From assembly GCA_963842525.1 (NCBI GenBank), contig CAWJGT010000009.1, forward strand, positions 672,001 to 736,000: DNA of 64,000 nt. Direction: 5' to 3'. A program made the translations under genes and the position numbers. This DNA comes from an uncultured Holophagales bacterium (GTDB lineage Bacteria; Acidobacteriota; Thermoanaerobaculia; Multivoradales; UBA5704). The notes below the pieces were generated by a model. That model did no database searches. It saw only the letters and a program-made list of their open reading frames with translations, and was not told the origin of the DNA. This document shows, piece by piece, positions 16,775 through 25,870 of this stretch (positions are counted from its first letter, which is position 1; each line of letters starts with the position of its first letter).

Positions 16775-16963
16775 GGAACCGATCCAGAAAATTTGGAACG
16801 CGTCCAGAGTCACGCGGGATCGATCCAGAAAATTTGGAAGGCGTTGCAGGTTTTTTGGAACCGGTCCAGAAAATTTGGCAGGCGTTGCAGGTTCCGTGGA
16901 ATCGATCCGGAAAATTTGGAACGCGTTCCCCGTGACCCGAAATCGCATCCAGAAGATCCGTAC
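16775..16963. repeat. 41-bp-period tandem repeat array with a TCCAGAAAATTTGG core (5 units)
   Basis: Cores start at 16783, 16824, 16865, 16906 and 16948 (last one degenerate). Confidence 0.9.
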
Positions 16964-17000
16964 GGGTTCCGCCGATGTCTGGAAGGCACCATTTCATCCT

Positions 17001-18348
17001 TCAGGCCAGTCTCCTGAGGCCTGGCGCCTCGAACCGCAGCTCTGGCCGGTGCTGGGCCTTCTTGAGGAACTCGGCCACTGCTGCAACCACTTCTATCTCC
17101 GCCTTCTCGGACCCGATGGCCTGGCAGAGATAGGTGAGAGCGGCGAGGGCTTCGCGATGGATGTGCAGGGAGGTGAAGATGGGGAGCATCTCGCCCGCCA
17201 GCCGCTTCAGCTCGGCGGTCCGGCCCTGACGGGCGTACAAGGTGGCGAGCTCGAGGGAGACCAAGGCGGTGTCGTAGGGGATGCCCTCGGCGAGGAAGCC
17301 GTCCCGGGCCGCGCGGAGGAGCTGCTCGGCCAGGTCCGGATGGCCGAGGCCGCCCAGGATACTCCCCCGCACCCACGAACGCCGGTTCTGGACCCAGGGC
17401 TCGGCAAAGTCCCGATAGAGAGGCCGAGTCCGCCGGTAGACCTCCCGAGCCTCCTCGAACCGGCCGGCTTCCGTCAGGTAAAAGGTCAGGTTGTGCTGGG
17501 CACAGAGGAGGAGGCGAGGCTCCTGCTCGGCATCCAGGAGGTCGAGGGACTGCCGGAGCAGGGGCATGGCCGTCTCGAGGTCGCCTTCGATGGCATGGAT
17601 GGTCGAGAGCTTGACCAGCGAGCGGCCAGCTCGGTGCGGCTCGCCGTGGCGGCGGAAGATCTCGAGGGCCTGCTGGGAGAGACGAATCGCCTCTCCGAAG
17701 AGGTGCTGGTCCCGTCGCAGGGACGCTTGGAGGTCGAGGTGGACAGCGGTTACGAGAGGATCTCCGGTGCCTTGGCGGAGATGGGAGGCTGCCCGGGCGA
17801 ACGCCTTCTCAGCCGCGCGAAGGCTGGAGCGCACACGGCGGGCATTGCCGATGAAGGCCCAGGCCAGCGCCCGCAGATCCTCCAGAGGCCCGGCACCGTA
17901 GAGGTCTGCATCCAGGAGATCGGCGAGGTGGAGGGCCATCCGGTCCAGATCCTCGGCGTGCCGCGGGTCGCGGGTGGCGGTCTCCAGACTTCTTTCGATC
18001 AAGAGCTCGGCGAGCCCCCAAGTGCGGAGCCGCTGCTCGTGGCGGAGGAGACGCTCTCGTTCCTTGGCCGGCTTCTGGAGAAGCCCGACGAAGAGCTCCC
18101 GGCGCCTCGATCCGCTCCCGGGCGAGGATGGAGGCGAAGGCGAGGGCGGGCCCGCGGAGCGGCGGCGGGGGCTCCGGATCTTCGGCGATCCTCCCGGCGG
18201 CGCCCGGGACGCCGTGGCGCCGCGCGATCCCCGAGAAGCGGTTCTGGCAGTGCGGGCAGGTGCCGAGGTGGAGCAAGACCTCCCGGTCCTCCCCGGACTG
18301 GGCCAGATACACATCCTCCAGGCGAAGATCCGTCGGATGCTTCTTCAA
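17001..18348 (-). CDS. TPR-repeat protein with an N-terminal HxxxCxxC (zinc anti-sigma-like) motif; 1-bp frameshift near 18098
   Basis: TTG start at 18348 after AAGGAG. The N-terminal part HLGTCPHC...ERIEAP continues in the other frame as ELFVGLLQ... with many TPR-like helices (AWAFIGNARRV, AGRSLVKLS, AQHNLTFYL). Confidence 0.8.
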
Positions 18349-18449
18349 GAGCCCTCTCCTTTCCAGGCGCGAGGTCGGCAGCGGATCGCGTCTCTACACT
18401 ATATCAAGTTGCCGCAGACCGGAAAAGAGGGACAAACTTCTCGAAGCAG

Positions 18450-18476
18450 GAGCGCCGGCCTCCGGAACCGGCGCTC
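18450..18476. promoter_or_regulatory. Intergenic hairpin between the peptide gene and the TPR gene
   Basis: GAGCGCCGG-N9-CCGGCGCTC inverted repeat just downstream of the peptide stop, followed on the minus strand by a weak CTGCTTC tail. Confidence 0.45.
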
Positions 18477-18493
18477 GGTCGACTGTCGCGGGC

Positions 18494-18736
18494 CTAGCCG
18501 TCAGGGTCCATGGTCCCTCCGGCATCCACTTGGCTCCCGGCACATCTTCCGTCGGGGTCCATGATGCATCCGGCATCGGTGAAGACGGCGGCCAGCCAGC
18601 TCTCCAGGAGATCCAGCAGGCGCGCCGGACCGGAGGGGGCGGGCGCAGGGCCAAGGGGAAGGGCAAGGGCGGCGCCGGTCAGGAGGAAGGCCAAGGCGAT
18701 CGCCAGGGCGGTCCGGTGGAGGTTCCTTCGAGGCAT
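18494..18736 (-). CDS. 80-aa secreted precursor peptide with two DAGxxMDPDG repeats
   Basis: ATG at 18736 after GAGGAG; signal peptide MPRRNLHRTALAIALAFLLTGAALA; C-terminus DAGCIMDPDGRCAGSQVDAGGTMDPDG-stop. Confidence 0.8.
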   Translation of the reverse strand: MPRRNLHRTALAIALAFLLTGAALALPLGPAPAPSGPARLLDLLESWLAAVFTDAGCIMDPDGRCAGSQVDAGGTMDPDG

Positions 18737-19183
18737 GAGATCGATCTCCTCTCGGCGATCCTCCCGCAGAGGCCTCCTTGGCCCCGCGGGGGACCGTTGC
18801 CGGAAGAGTGGCACTTTCGGGGTGCCTTTGCGCGCTCTTGAAGTGCTTGCGTAACGAGTCCCCTACGGCATAGGCGGTCGGCCGGTCACCGTCTAAGATC
18901 TAAGCCGGCGCACCCAGCAGTGGACCGGATGCTTGTAAGCTCTTTGACCGCAGATCCTTCCGACCTTGAGGCCATGCGCTGCCGCGGCAGCCTTACGGCC
19001 GATTTCAAGTACATAGAGGTATGGCGATGCACCTCGTCTTCGTGGATTTGGAAGCCGGAAGCAGGCCCTAAGTACATCGGCGGGAGGTTGCCGCATAATC
19101 TCAGGTATAGATTGGCTGCAGTAGAGTTATTAACAAGGCAGGAGCTCGGCCTAGGCAAACCGGCCGAGTTCCTGCAGCTCTTA

Positions 19184-20499
19184 GGGCTCGTCACAAAATA
19201 ACTGTCCCAGATTGGACTTCCTCCATTGGGCGGATCGTATAGTTCCATTCACCGTGGAAACTGTCGCAACTGAGGCGCACTTTCTTCACCTCCTGCCGGG
19301 TTATTTTACGTCCTGGCGGATACTTCCTTGTGTCGATCTCCGCACGGACCTTGAGCCCCGTCTTGGTCGTTGTCGCGGCGATCAGGTTAACGATGACCTG
19401 ATGGCTGACGAGGGGCTTTCCTCGCCAATTTTGGCTGATGAAGGAGAACAGCCGATGTTCGATCTTGTTCCACTTACTCGTGCCAGGAGGGAGATGGCAC
19501 ACCGAGATCGGTATCCCAAGCTCATTGGCCAGTTGCTGAAGCTCAATTTTCCACAGGCGGAGACGAGCGCCATTGCTGCCGCCTCCATCAGCGGTAATCA
19601 GAAGACGCCGAGCGTCGGGAAAGGCCTCCAGCCCCATTGACCGCCACCAGCGGCGAATTGTTTCCACCGCGAAACTGGCTGTATCGTGGTCCGTACCCAC
19701 GCTGACCCAGCCTCTGTTGTTCGCCAGATCGTACACACCATAAGGAATGGCGCGGCCCAACTCGGGTATCACAAAGTCATGAACCTTGACCCTTTCGGGA
19801 GTGCCTTGAGGCCGTAGCTCACGGCCTCCATTTTTGAACTCACCCACCAGCTCTTTCTTCTTCGTGTCCACCGAGATCACAGGATCGCCGGTTGCTTGAT
19901 ACTCCTCCACCAGCCGATTGATATGCCCGAACTGTGCATCCCTGTCCGGGTGGCTGGAGCCTTCCAGAGTCTTGCTGTTGGCCTGAAGGCTGTATCCAAG
20001 CTCATGCAGGATCGAGGCAACCATGCGATGGCTCGTCTGATGCCCGATCCGCTTTAATTCGTCGGCCAAACGGCGAACACTTTTACAGGTCCAGCGAAGG
20101 GGCGACTCGGGATCTCCGCGCATGGTGGGATTGACGAGTTGCTCCAGGTCCGTCTTCAACGTCTGATCCACTTCGGCAGTTTTCTTCCTGCCGCCGCCCG
20201 GTCGGCGAGTTCTCCTGGCAGGAGACCGAGGCGCCGAAACCTGCCGTAACTCTTTGAGGCCTCTGTTGATCGTACGGCGAGAAATCCCGGTGGCTCGCGC
20301 CACTACGGAAGCGCCCCCAAATCCAAGTGCTTCCGCTTCTGCAGCGGCGAAAAGTCGGCGCATCCTCTCGTCAAGGTTCTCTTCAAGCAACTCAAACCTT
20401 CGCCGAATCGCCGTTTCGTCGTACATCCAACCCGAGTATACAGCAGAAAACACTTGACATGGACACCCAAATGTGGGACAGTTATTTTGTGACGAGCCC
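19184..20499 (-). mobile_element. Complete ISAzo13-family insertion sequence (1316 bp)
   Basis: Perfect 26-bp terminal inverted repeats GGGCTCGTCACAAAATAACTGTCCCA (19184-19209 and 20474-20499), TTA duplicated on both sides, and a transposase inside. Confidence 0.95.
19191..20426 (-). CDS. ISAzo13-family DDE transposase
   Basis: GDPESPLRWT, HPDRDAQF, ISVDTKKKELVG, ITADGGGSNG, PPGTSKWNKIEHRLF and HGEWNYTI motifs; the stop codon lies inside the IR. Confidence 0.95.
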   Translation of the reverse strand: MYDETAIRRRFELLEENLDERMRRLFAAAEAEALGFGGASVVARATGISRRTINRGLKELRQVSAPRSPARRTRRPGGGRKKTAEVDQTLKTDLEQLVNPTMRGDPESPLRWTCKSVRRLADELKRIGHQTSHRMVASILHELGYSLQANSKTLEGSSHPDRDAQFGHINRLVEEYQATGDPVISVDTKKKELVGEFKNGGRELRPQGTPERVKVHDFVIPELGRAIPYGVYDLANNRGWVSVGTDHDTASFAVETIRRWWRSMGLEAFPDARRLLITADGGGSNGARLRLWKIELQQLANELGIPISVCHLPPGTSKWNKIEHRLFSFISQNWRGKPLVSHQVIVNLIAATTTKTGLKVRAEIDTRKYPPGRKITRQEVKKVRLSCDSFHGEWNYTIRPMEEVQSGTVIL

Positions 20500-20682
20500 T
20501 TAGCACCCGCTGTATTGGGCGCAGTAGGCGTCGCAGGTGTAAAAATCGTCAGGACAACGATCCATACATTGACAGTAAGTTGGTGCTGCAACTGCCTCTG
20601 CTTTCACCTGCTGAGGAAGGAGGAAGAAACTACCCGTAAGAGCTAGGGAAAGAACTAGGAACTTCAACGCGAACTTTCTCAA
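20500..20682 (-). CDS. Small secreted Cys-rich peptide (~60 aa)
   Basis: (M)RKFALKFLVLSLALTGSFFLLPQQVKA signal peptide, then EAVAAPTYCQCMDRCPDDFYTCDAYCAQYSGC. The start could also be 20721. Its TAA stop is the IS target site. Confidence 0.65.
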   Translation of the reverse strand: MRKFALKFLVLSLALTGSFFLLPQQVKAEAVAAPTYCQCMDRCPDDFYTCDAYCAQYSGC

Positions 20683-21302
20683 TGTGGTCTTCTTTCGACT
20701 TAGCGCGCTTATTGCTCGCATGTTTATTGTGCTTGCTAGTGCCCGTTCGCAGCCGGGGAGGGCATCTCCTGAGGTGTGCCTAGGGCCCGCATCTCGCTCC
20801 GCCGGCTGCTACGTTCGATTTGCCGACTACAGGATGTCTTGCCGGGTTGCCGGTCTTTCCTCTTCAACAACAGATTTTGCGGTAGTATTCCTCCAACAGG
20901 TAAAGAGCAAGAGCGCATGTACATCGACCTAAAGCGAAGGCCGGCCAGCCGGGTGTTGCACCGGACGGCTGAGGCTTCTGGTTTTACTGAGGCGTTCGAG
21001 GTAGAATTGGAGCAGCCCAAATAGGGGCTGCCAACTGAGGCGGCGGAGCCAAGCTGCTGATTCCATGGGGCTTGGAAGAAGCGGGCAGGAGCACGGACTC
21101 GGGCTCATGTCCAGCTATCTTGCGGGGGGTAAGGGCCAAATGGGCCTGAAAAGCCCATTCCTGCTGCATTTCGGGCCGTGTCAAGAAATCAGGCAGGGGT
21201 GCACAATCTTTTGCGGTCGACCCAAATCGCGGTACTTCTGAGGGTTTCGAGGGGTGCGACTCGCCGAGGGTACATTGTTCGCTGGTACCTAACCAGTACC
21301 TA

Positions 21303-21590
21303 ACCAGGCTCGGCAAAGTCGCGATAAAGCGGCCGAGTCCGCCGGTAGACCTCCCGAGCCTCCTCGAACCGGCCGGTTTCCGTCAGATAGTAGGTCAGGT
21401 TGTGCTGGGCACAGAGAAGGAGGCGGGGCTCCTGCTCGGCATCCAGGAGGTCGAGAGACTGCCGGAGCAGGGACATGGCCGTCTCGAGGTCCCCTTCGAT
21501 GACATGGATGGTCGAGAGATTGACCAAAGACCGGCCGGCGCGATGGGCCTCGCCCTGGTGGCGGAAGATCTCGACGGCTTGCTGCGAGAC
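21303..21590 (-). pseudogene. Internal fragment of a TPR gene paralogous to 17001-18348
   Basis: Aligns to ~17395-17680 with mostly third-position differences; has no proper start or end. Confidence 0.85.
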
Positions 21591-21752
21591 CTTGGTGCCC
21601 ATAGGGGAGATCGTGGAACCGGAGGTCTCCTGTCACCAACTGGCAGGTCCGTTGTAGAATAAGAGAGGTAGCGCAGTGGAGCCGTCCTGTTCGGCTGGCA
21701 CTTCTGACCTGGGGTTCCCTTCCTGCAGCCCATCGGGCCGCGAGCCCGCTCC

Positions 21753-23078
21753 TCACCTCGCTGGCTGCACGAGGCGCGCGACGGCTCCCGCCAAGCGCTC
21801 GATATCTTCCGCCCGGGGTGGGTTTTCTGCTTTCTGCCAGTGCGACGTGCTGATCAGATACTCCAGCGATCCCGTCGGAGGAATGTCCGCGAGCCGTAGA
21901 GTGAGGACCGGTGTGCGCAAGCTGACAGCGCGCTCCACCTCTCTCTCGACGTAAGGAGAGGCATTGGCGTGAGCTGAGAAAATGAGGACGAGAGCTTTGG
22001 CGGCGCGCAGACCCCGCATGATGGCGTCGGGATAGGAGACTCCCGTTCCGACGTCCCGAGGAGCGATCCAGCATGCCAACCCCTGGCGCTCCAACTCTCC
22101 GCAAACTGCGAAGGCGGTCTGCCGGTCCGGGCTGGAGTAGCTGATGAAAGCATCGATCTCAGCCTGGGGAGGTCGCACGGCATCGCGGCGGCTCTCCGGA
22201 TGTGAAGCCTTGGAGTGCGGCGCCCACCGGAGAATGCCTTCAATCTGCTCGGATCTCACCGACGCCGCGGCGCGCGCCACCGGATCAGACTCTTGGAGCA
22301 TCTCTAGCTGGAAGCCGGTGGCGATCGAATCCTGGAGGAGGTCCGCGGGTTCCTCTTCGAGAGGAGATTCCGTGAATCCGTAGCGTCTCATGCGGAGCGC
22401 GAACTCCTCGTCGACCAGTCGCATGAGGTAATCCCAGGCCTGCTCGTTGCCGCAGCCCACGACCTCATCCAACAGATAGGCAGTCTCGGGAAGACGATCG
22501 ACGATCGATCTCTGCAGGTTGTAGAGGCTTCCGGGAAACGCGTCGTGCAGCTCCATGCGGACGAGCTGCTTCTTCAGCCAACGCAGGTCCTCTCGCGGGA
22601 TCGAGCGGCGGAGTACATTGATCTGATAGGCTACTTTCCATCCTTGATCCAGAGCGGCCAGGAAGAGGGGATCGACGGCCGAAAAAAGGCGAAAGTCGCT
22701 GGCCAGCAGGTATTCTCCGGCACGATAGCAACCTGGCCGCATCCACGCCTGCCGGGCAGGCGGGAAGCCCGCTGAAAGCTCATCGTGCTGGGCCTGCGAT
22801 GAGCTGAGAATCGCGTCCACTCCGGGAAGATTGCACAGCTCCTCGACGAGGGCTTCGAGAGAAGCCCTCTCCGACGCGGGGTAGCTGAGCAGGAGAACCC
22901 GGTTGGTCGTCCGCTCCGCGATCTGAGTCCGGAGCGCGAAGCTCGCGCCCTCGATCAAGCCGGGTAGCAGGACTTCGGACAGATCAGCGGGCGAGCCTGC
23001 GGCTCCGGCCTGCATTGGCAAGCCAAGCGCCGCTTGAAGAATCTCGCCTCCCGGCGCTTCAAACCGCGCTAGATACAC
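21753..23078 (-). CDS. Protein with an unknown N-terminal domain and a C-terminal TIR (TIR_2-type) domain
   Basis: AFISYSSPD...CWIAPRD...LIFSAHANASPYVEREVERA, with the catalytic-position Glu retained; GGAGG RBS; 20 bp after the upstream gene. Confidence 0.85.
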   Translation of the reverse strand: MYLARFEAPGGEILQAALGLPMQAGAAGSPADLSEVLLPGLIEGASFALRTQIAERTTNRVLLLSYPASERASLEALVEELCNLPGVDAILSSSQAQHDELSAGFPPARQAWMRPGCYRAGEYLLASDFRLFSAVDPLFLAALDQGWKVAYQINVLRRSIPREDLRWLKKQLVRMELHDAFPGSLYNLQRSIVDRLPETAYLLDEVVGCGNEQAWDYLMRLVDEEFALRMRRYGFTESPLEEEPADLLQDSIATGFQLEMLQESDPVARAAASVRSEQIEGILRWAPHSKASHPESRRDAVRPPQAEIDAFISYSSPDRQTAFAVCGELERQGLACWIAPRDVGTGVSYPDAIMRGLRAAKALVLIFSAHANASPYVEREVERAVSLRTPVLTLRLADIPPTGSLEYLISTSHWQKAENPPRAEDIERLAGAVARLVQPAR

Positions 23079-23098
23079 TCAGCTCCTCCGCCCGCGGA

Positions 23099-24646
23099 TC
23101 AGGCGACCCTGCGGAACCGCGGGCGCAGCTTCTCCTGCTGTTTCTTGCCAGGCTTTTCTGTCCCGGCGATTCCCTGCCTCGCCTCGCGGACGATGGTGAA
23201 GTCGATTTCCTGGTCGACCTGGTGCTCTTTGAGCGCCTGCTGGACGGTCTTCGTGACGATCGAGTGGATCCATTCGAGCAGGAAGTTGGCGTCGGTGATG
23301 TCGTACTCGTTCGGTGTATGCCACGCGGTAGTGACTCCATAGGCTCGGACAGTCCGGCCGCTGTCGCGCTCCTTCCCGTGCCCCACCATCTTTTCGGTCC
23401 ACGTGCCGCCGTTGATGTGAGCATCCCACCCGACGTAGAGATCATTGCCATAGGGGTAGAGGTGAACGAAGCCGATGGCGCGCCGGAGCCGCACAACGAT
23501 CTGTCGGCGTTCAACCTTGCCATCCACACCCGGGTACCAGATGTCCTCTTCCGCGACATAAAACTTGTCCCGCCCCTCTACACCTTCTTGGGAAGTGATC
23601 CCGGAGCCGGCAGACAGCTCGCGCAGGAGCATTTCCTTCACGGGGCTCGCATGAACGGCAAGGTCGCGAAGCACAGCTTGCCACGAGTCCATCCGTAGAA
23701 GCAGGCGGGGCTCTTGCCAGGGTTTTCCTGAAGACAGGCTGAACACCCGCTTCTGCCGTTCGAACAACCACCATACGACTGCTGCGAGGGCCAGCAGGAG
23801 CAAACCGGCGAGCGGCAAGGCATACAGCACCAATCCCATTGCCACAATCATCAGATACACAGAGACCCTGTGAGAGGGTTTGACCCGAACTATCTTGTTC
23901 TTCGGCCGCCACAGCTGCCACGGGAAGATACGGCAACGCTCCGGCCGCAAGGAGAGCTTTTCGGACTTTTCCGCGAGATACCGGCAGATCGTGGCCGCCT
24001 CCTCGCGGGTGAACTGGATGACCGAGAAATATCTTTTGATCTTGACGCTGTCGTTGACGACGATGGTGAGCTCCTGCTCAAAGCGATGAAACTCGCGTGG
24101 TTGCACTGTCACCGTAGCATGAGCGCGCAACGACAGATCCTCTTCCAGCGGTATCTGCACACGAACTTCGACCCAAACGCTCTCGCTGTAGGGCGGAGAC
24201 TTGAAAACCTCTGCCGCGATGCCCTCTTGTTTGCAGGCGTCCGTGAAGTAGCCGTAGATCTGATCTCGGACAGCTTCGGCCTTGCTGATGCTGTTCGAAT
24301 CGTTGCGGGGGATCATCGAGGTCGCCTGGTCTGACTCAACTTCCATCGCGGGGGCTCCTTTCTCGCCTGGTTTCACCGCACGAGCCTTCCACCAGGCGTA
24401 GGCCGCAAATAAAATCGAGGCATAGCCCACAAGCGCAAGCACCTGAGTGATGGTGCCGAGCGTGTCGCTATATCCGTAGCCGAGGGGCTCGAAGAGAAGA
24501 CGTACAAGCCCTCCTGAGCCCCAAGCCATGAACCCGAGCACGAGCCAACCCCTGCCGGCAAAATAGGGTGCTCTATAGATCAGCAAGGCACCAACAAACT
24601 CCAATACAAAGAAGAATTTACCGAAATGCTCGAAGATGAAATCCAT
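23099..24646 (-). CDS. Membrane protein of unknown function (about 3 N-terminal and 2 central TM helices)
   Basis: 515-aa ORF with clear hydrophobic segments and lower GC; co-oriented and closely linked with the TIR gene. Confidence 0.75.
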   Translation of the reverse strand: MDFIFEHFGKFFFVLEFVGALLIYRAPYFAGRGWLVLGFMAWGSGGLVRLLFEPLGYGYSDTLGTITQVLALVGYASILFAAYAWWKARAVKPGEKGAPAMEVESDQATSMIPRNDSNSISKAEAVRDQIYGYFTDACKQEGIAAEVFKSPPYSESVWVEVRVQIPLEEDLSLRAHATVTVQPREFHRFEQELTIVVNDSVKIKRYFSVIQFTREEAATICRYLAEKSEKLSLRPERCRIFPWQLWRPKNKIVRVKPSHRVSVYLMIVAMGLVLYALPLAGLLLLALAAVVWWLFERQKRVFSLSSGKPWQEPRLLLRMDSWQAVLRDLAVHASPVKEMLLRELSAGSGITSQEGVEGRDKFYVAEEDIWYPGVDGKVERRQIVVRLRRAIGFVHLYPYGNDLYVGWDAHINGGTWTEKMVGHGKERDSGRTVRAYGVTTAWHTPNEYDITDANFLLEWIHSIVTKTVQQALKEHQVDQEIDFTIVREARQGIAGTEKPGKKQQEKLRPRFRRVA

Positions 24647-25164
24647 ATGCTATCCCCTGGGTCCGATTTCGCGGATGGAACCACCCTGACCGGTCGTGTG
24701 GGTCTGGCCTAGGGGAAATCCCATGTACCTTCTCCAATCTATCGATACTGCTAGCTTAGGACAGTTGCTAAGGCACGTCAATGAAATCGACGGCGGTGCA
24801 TATGCAGAACGCGCCCGCCGGGCGGATCGGAGACGGGTTCCAGCTCATCCAGACAGCGGCCACGGATCCCTGCCCTCATAGGTTCCACCTGATTCTGAAA
24901 CCGGTCTTCTCCCCGGGAGACGCCGAAGGACCCGCGAGACGATGAGCTTGCCGGTCTTCCTCTCAACCCGATATGCTGGACCGGAGATGCGCTACGAGAT
25001 TATTCTCTCCCATGTGGCAGTCGCTGATCGTCGCTGACTCAAAGCACACGATCGGGTGGAGAGTGAGGCGACCGGTGGCGGATGAAACGTGGTGAGGGCT
25101 GAGCTGCGGCCCGCAGAACGAGGAGGACAGCGATGGGCTTCCCGGCGCAAACTGTTACACTAGG

Positions 25165-25173
25165 TGATATACT
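25165..25173 (+). promoter_or_regulatory. Extended -10 promoter (TGaTATACT), probably giving a leaderless toxin mRNA
   Basis: TATACT at 25168-25173 preceded by TG, with the GTG start 6 nt downstream and no RBS. Confidence 0.55.
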
Positions 25174-25179
25174 TTGCCA

Positions 25180-25557
25180 GTGAGGCGGGTCTTCAAGACC
25201 CGGCACTTCAGCCGCTGGATGCGCAAGACCGCCCTGACCCAGGAGGCGCTTTGTCTTGCGGTCTCAGAGATGGAAAATGGCCTCATCGACGCCGGTCTTG
25301 GAGGCGGCGTAGTCAAGAAGCGTGTTCCTCTACCCGGCCGCGGAAAGAGCGGTGGGGCGCGGACTTTGCTGGCGACGAACAAGGGCAGTCTCTGGTTCTT
25401 CGTGTTCGGCTTCGAGAAGAACGAGCGAGCCAACGTCAGCATCAGAGAATTGGAAGCCTTGAAGGCGATCGCCGCCGACCTCCTCAAGCTCTCTTCGGCA
25501 GAGCTCGACAGCCTGGTCGACAGTGAAGCGTTACAGGAGATTTGCCATGAGCACTAA
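25180..25557 (+). CDS. higB: RelE/ParE-family (HigB-type) toxin
   Basis: RVFKTRHFSRW...GLIDAGLGGGVVKKRV...GKSGGARTLLA...FGFEKNERANVS; toxin-first gene order. Confidence 0.85.
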   Translation: MRRVFKTRHFSRWMRKTALTQEALCLAVSEMENGLIDAGLGGGVVKKRVPLPGRGKSGGARTLLATNKGSLWFFVFGFEKNERANVSIRELEALKAIAADLLKLSSAELDSLVDSEALQEICHEH

Positions 25558-25870
25558 GAGTAAAAAGACCAGCCGGATCCTGGACGCGGTTCGCGACACG
25601 GCGCGTGATCTCCATGCTGCCGGCTTTGTCTCCAAGCGCAGAATGAAGGAGTACGACGCCTTGTGCCTGGTCCCTATACCGGAATATTCCGCTGAGACGA
25701 TCCGTGCCTTGCGCGAGCGGTACAAAATCAGCCAGGCGGTCCTGGCGTCAATCCTCAACACAAGTGTTTCGACGGTTCGGCAATGGGAGGTCGGCGAAAA
25801 ACATCCGAGCGGTCCTTCGCTCAAGTTGCTCAACCTGCTGGATCGCAAGGGGCTGGAAGCGGTGATCTGA
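25547..25870 (+). CDS. higA: HTH_3/XRE antitoxin (HigA-type)
   Basis: IRALRERYKISQAVLASILNTSVSTVRQWEVGEKHPSGPSLKLL; overlaps the toxin stop. Confidence 0.85.
   Translation: MSTKSKKTSRILDAVRDTARDLHAAGFVSKRRMKEYDALCLVPIPEYSAETIRALRERYKISQAVLASILNTSVSTVRQWEVGEKHPSGPSLKLLNLLDRKGLEAVI

Noticed and set aside
16775-16963. 41-bp arrays (also 28726-28954) as mini-CRISPR arrays
   Set aside because: The period is too short, linkers resemble each other rather than being unique spacers, and no cas genes are in the window.
18886-19248. Short ORFs between the peptide gene and the IS
   Set aside because: No recognisable motifs or RBS, and several run into the IS end.
21303-21590. TPR fragment or protease-tail copy as a DGR template repeat
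   Set aside because: Differences are mostly synonymous and not adenine-specific, and no reverse transcriptase is present.
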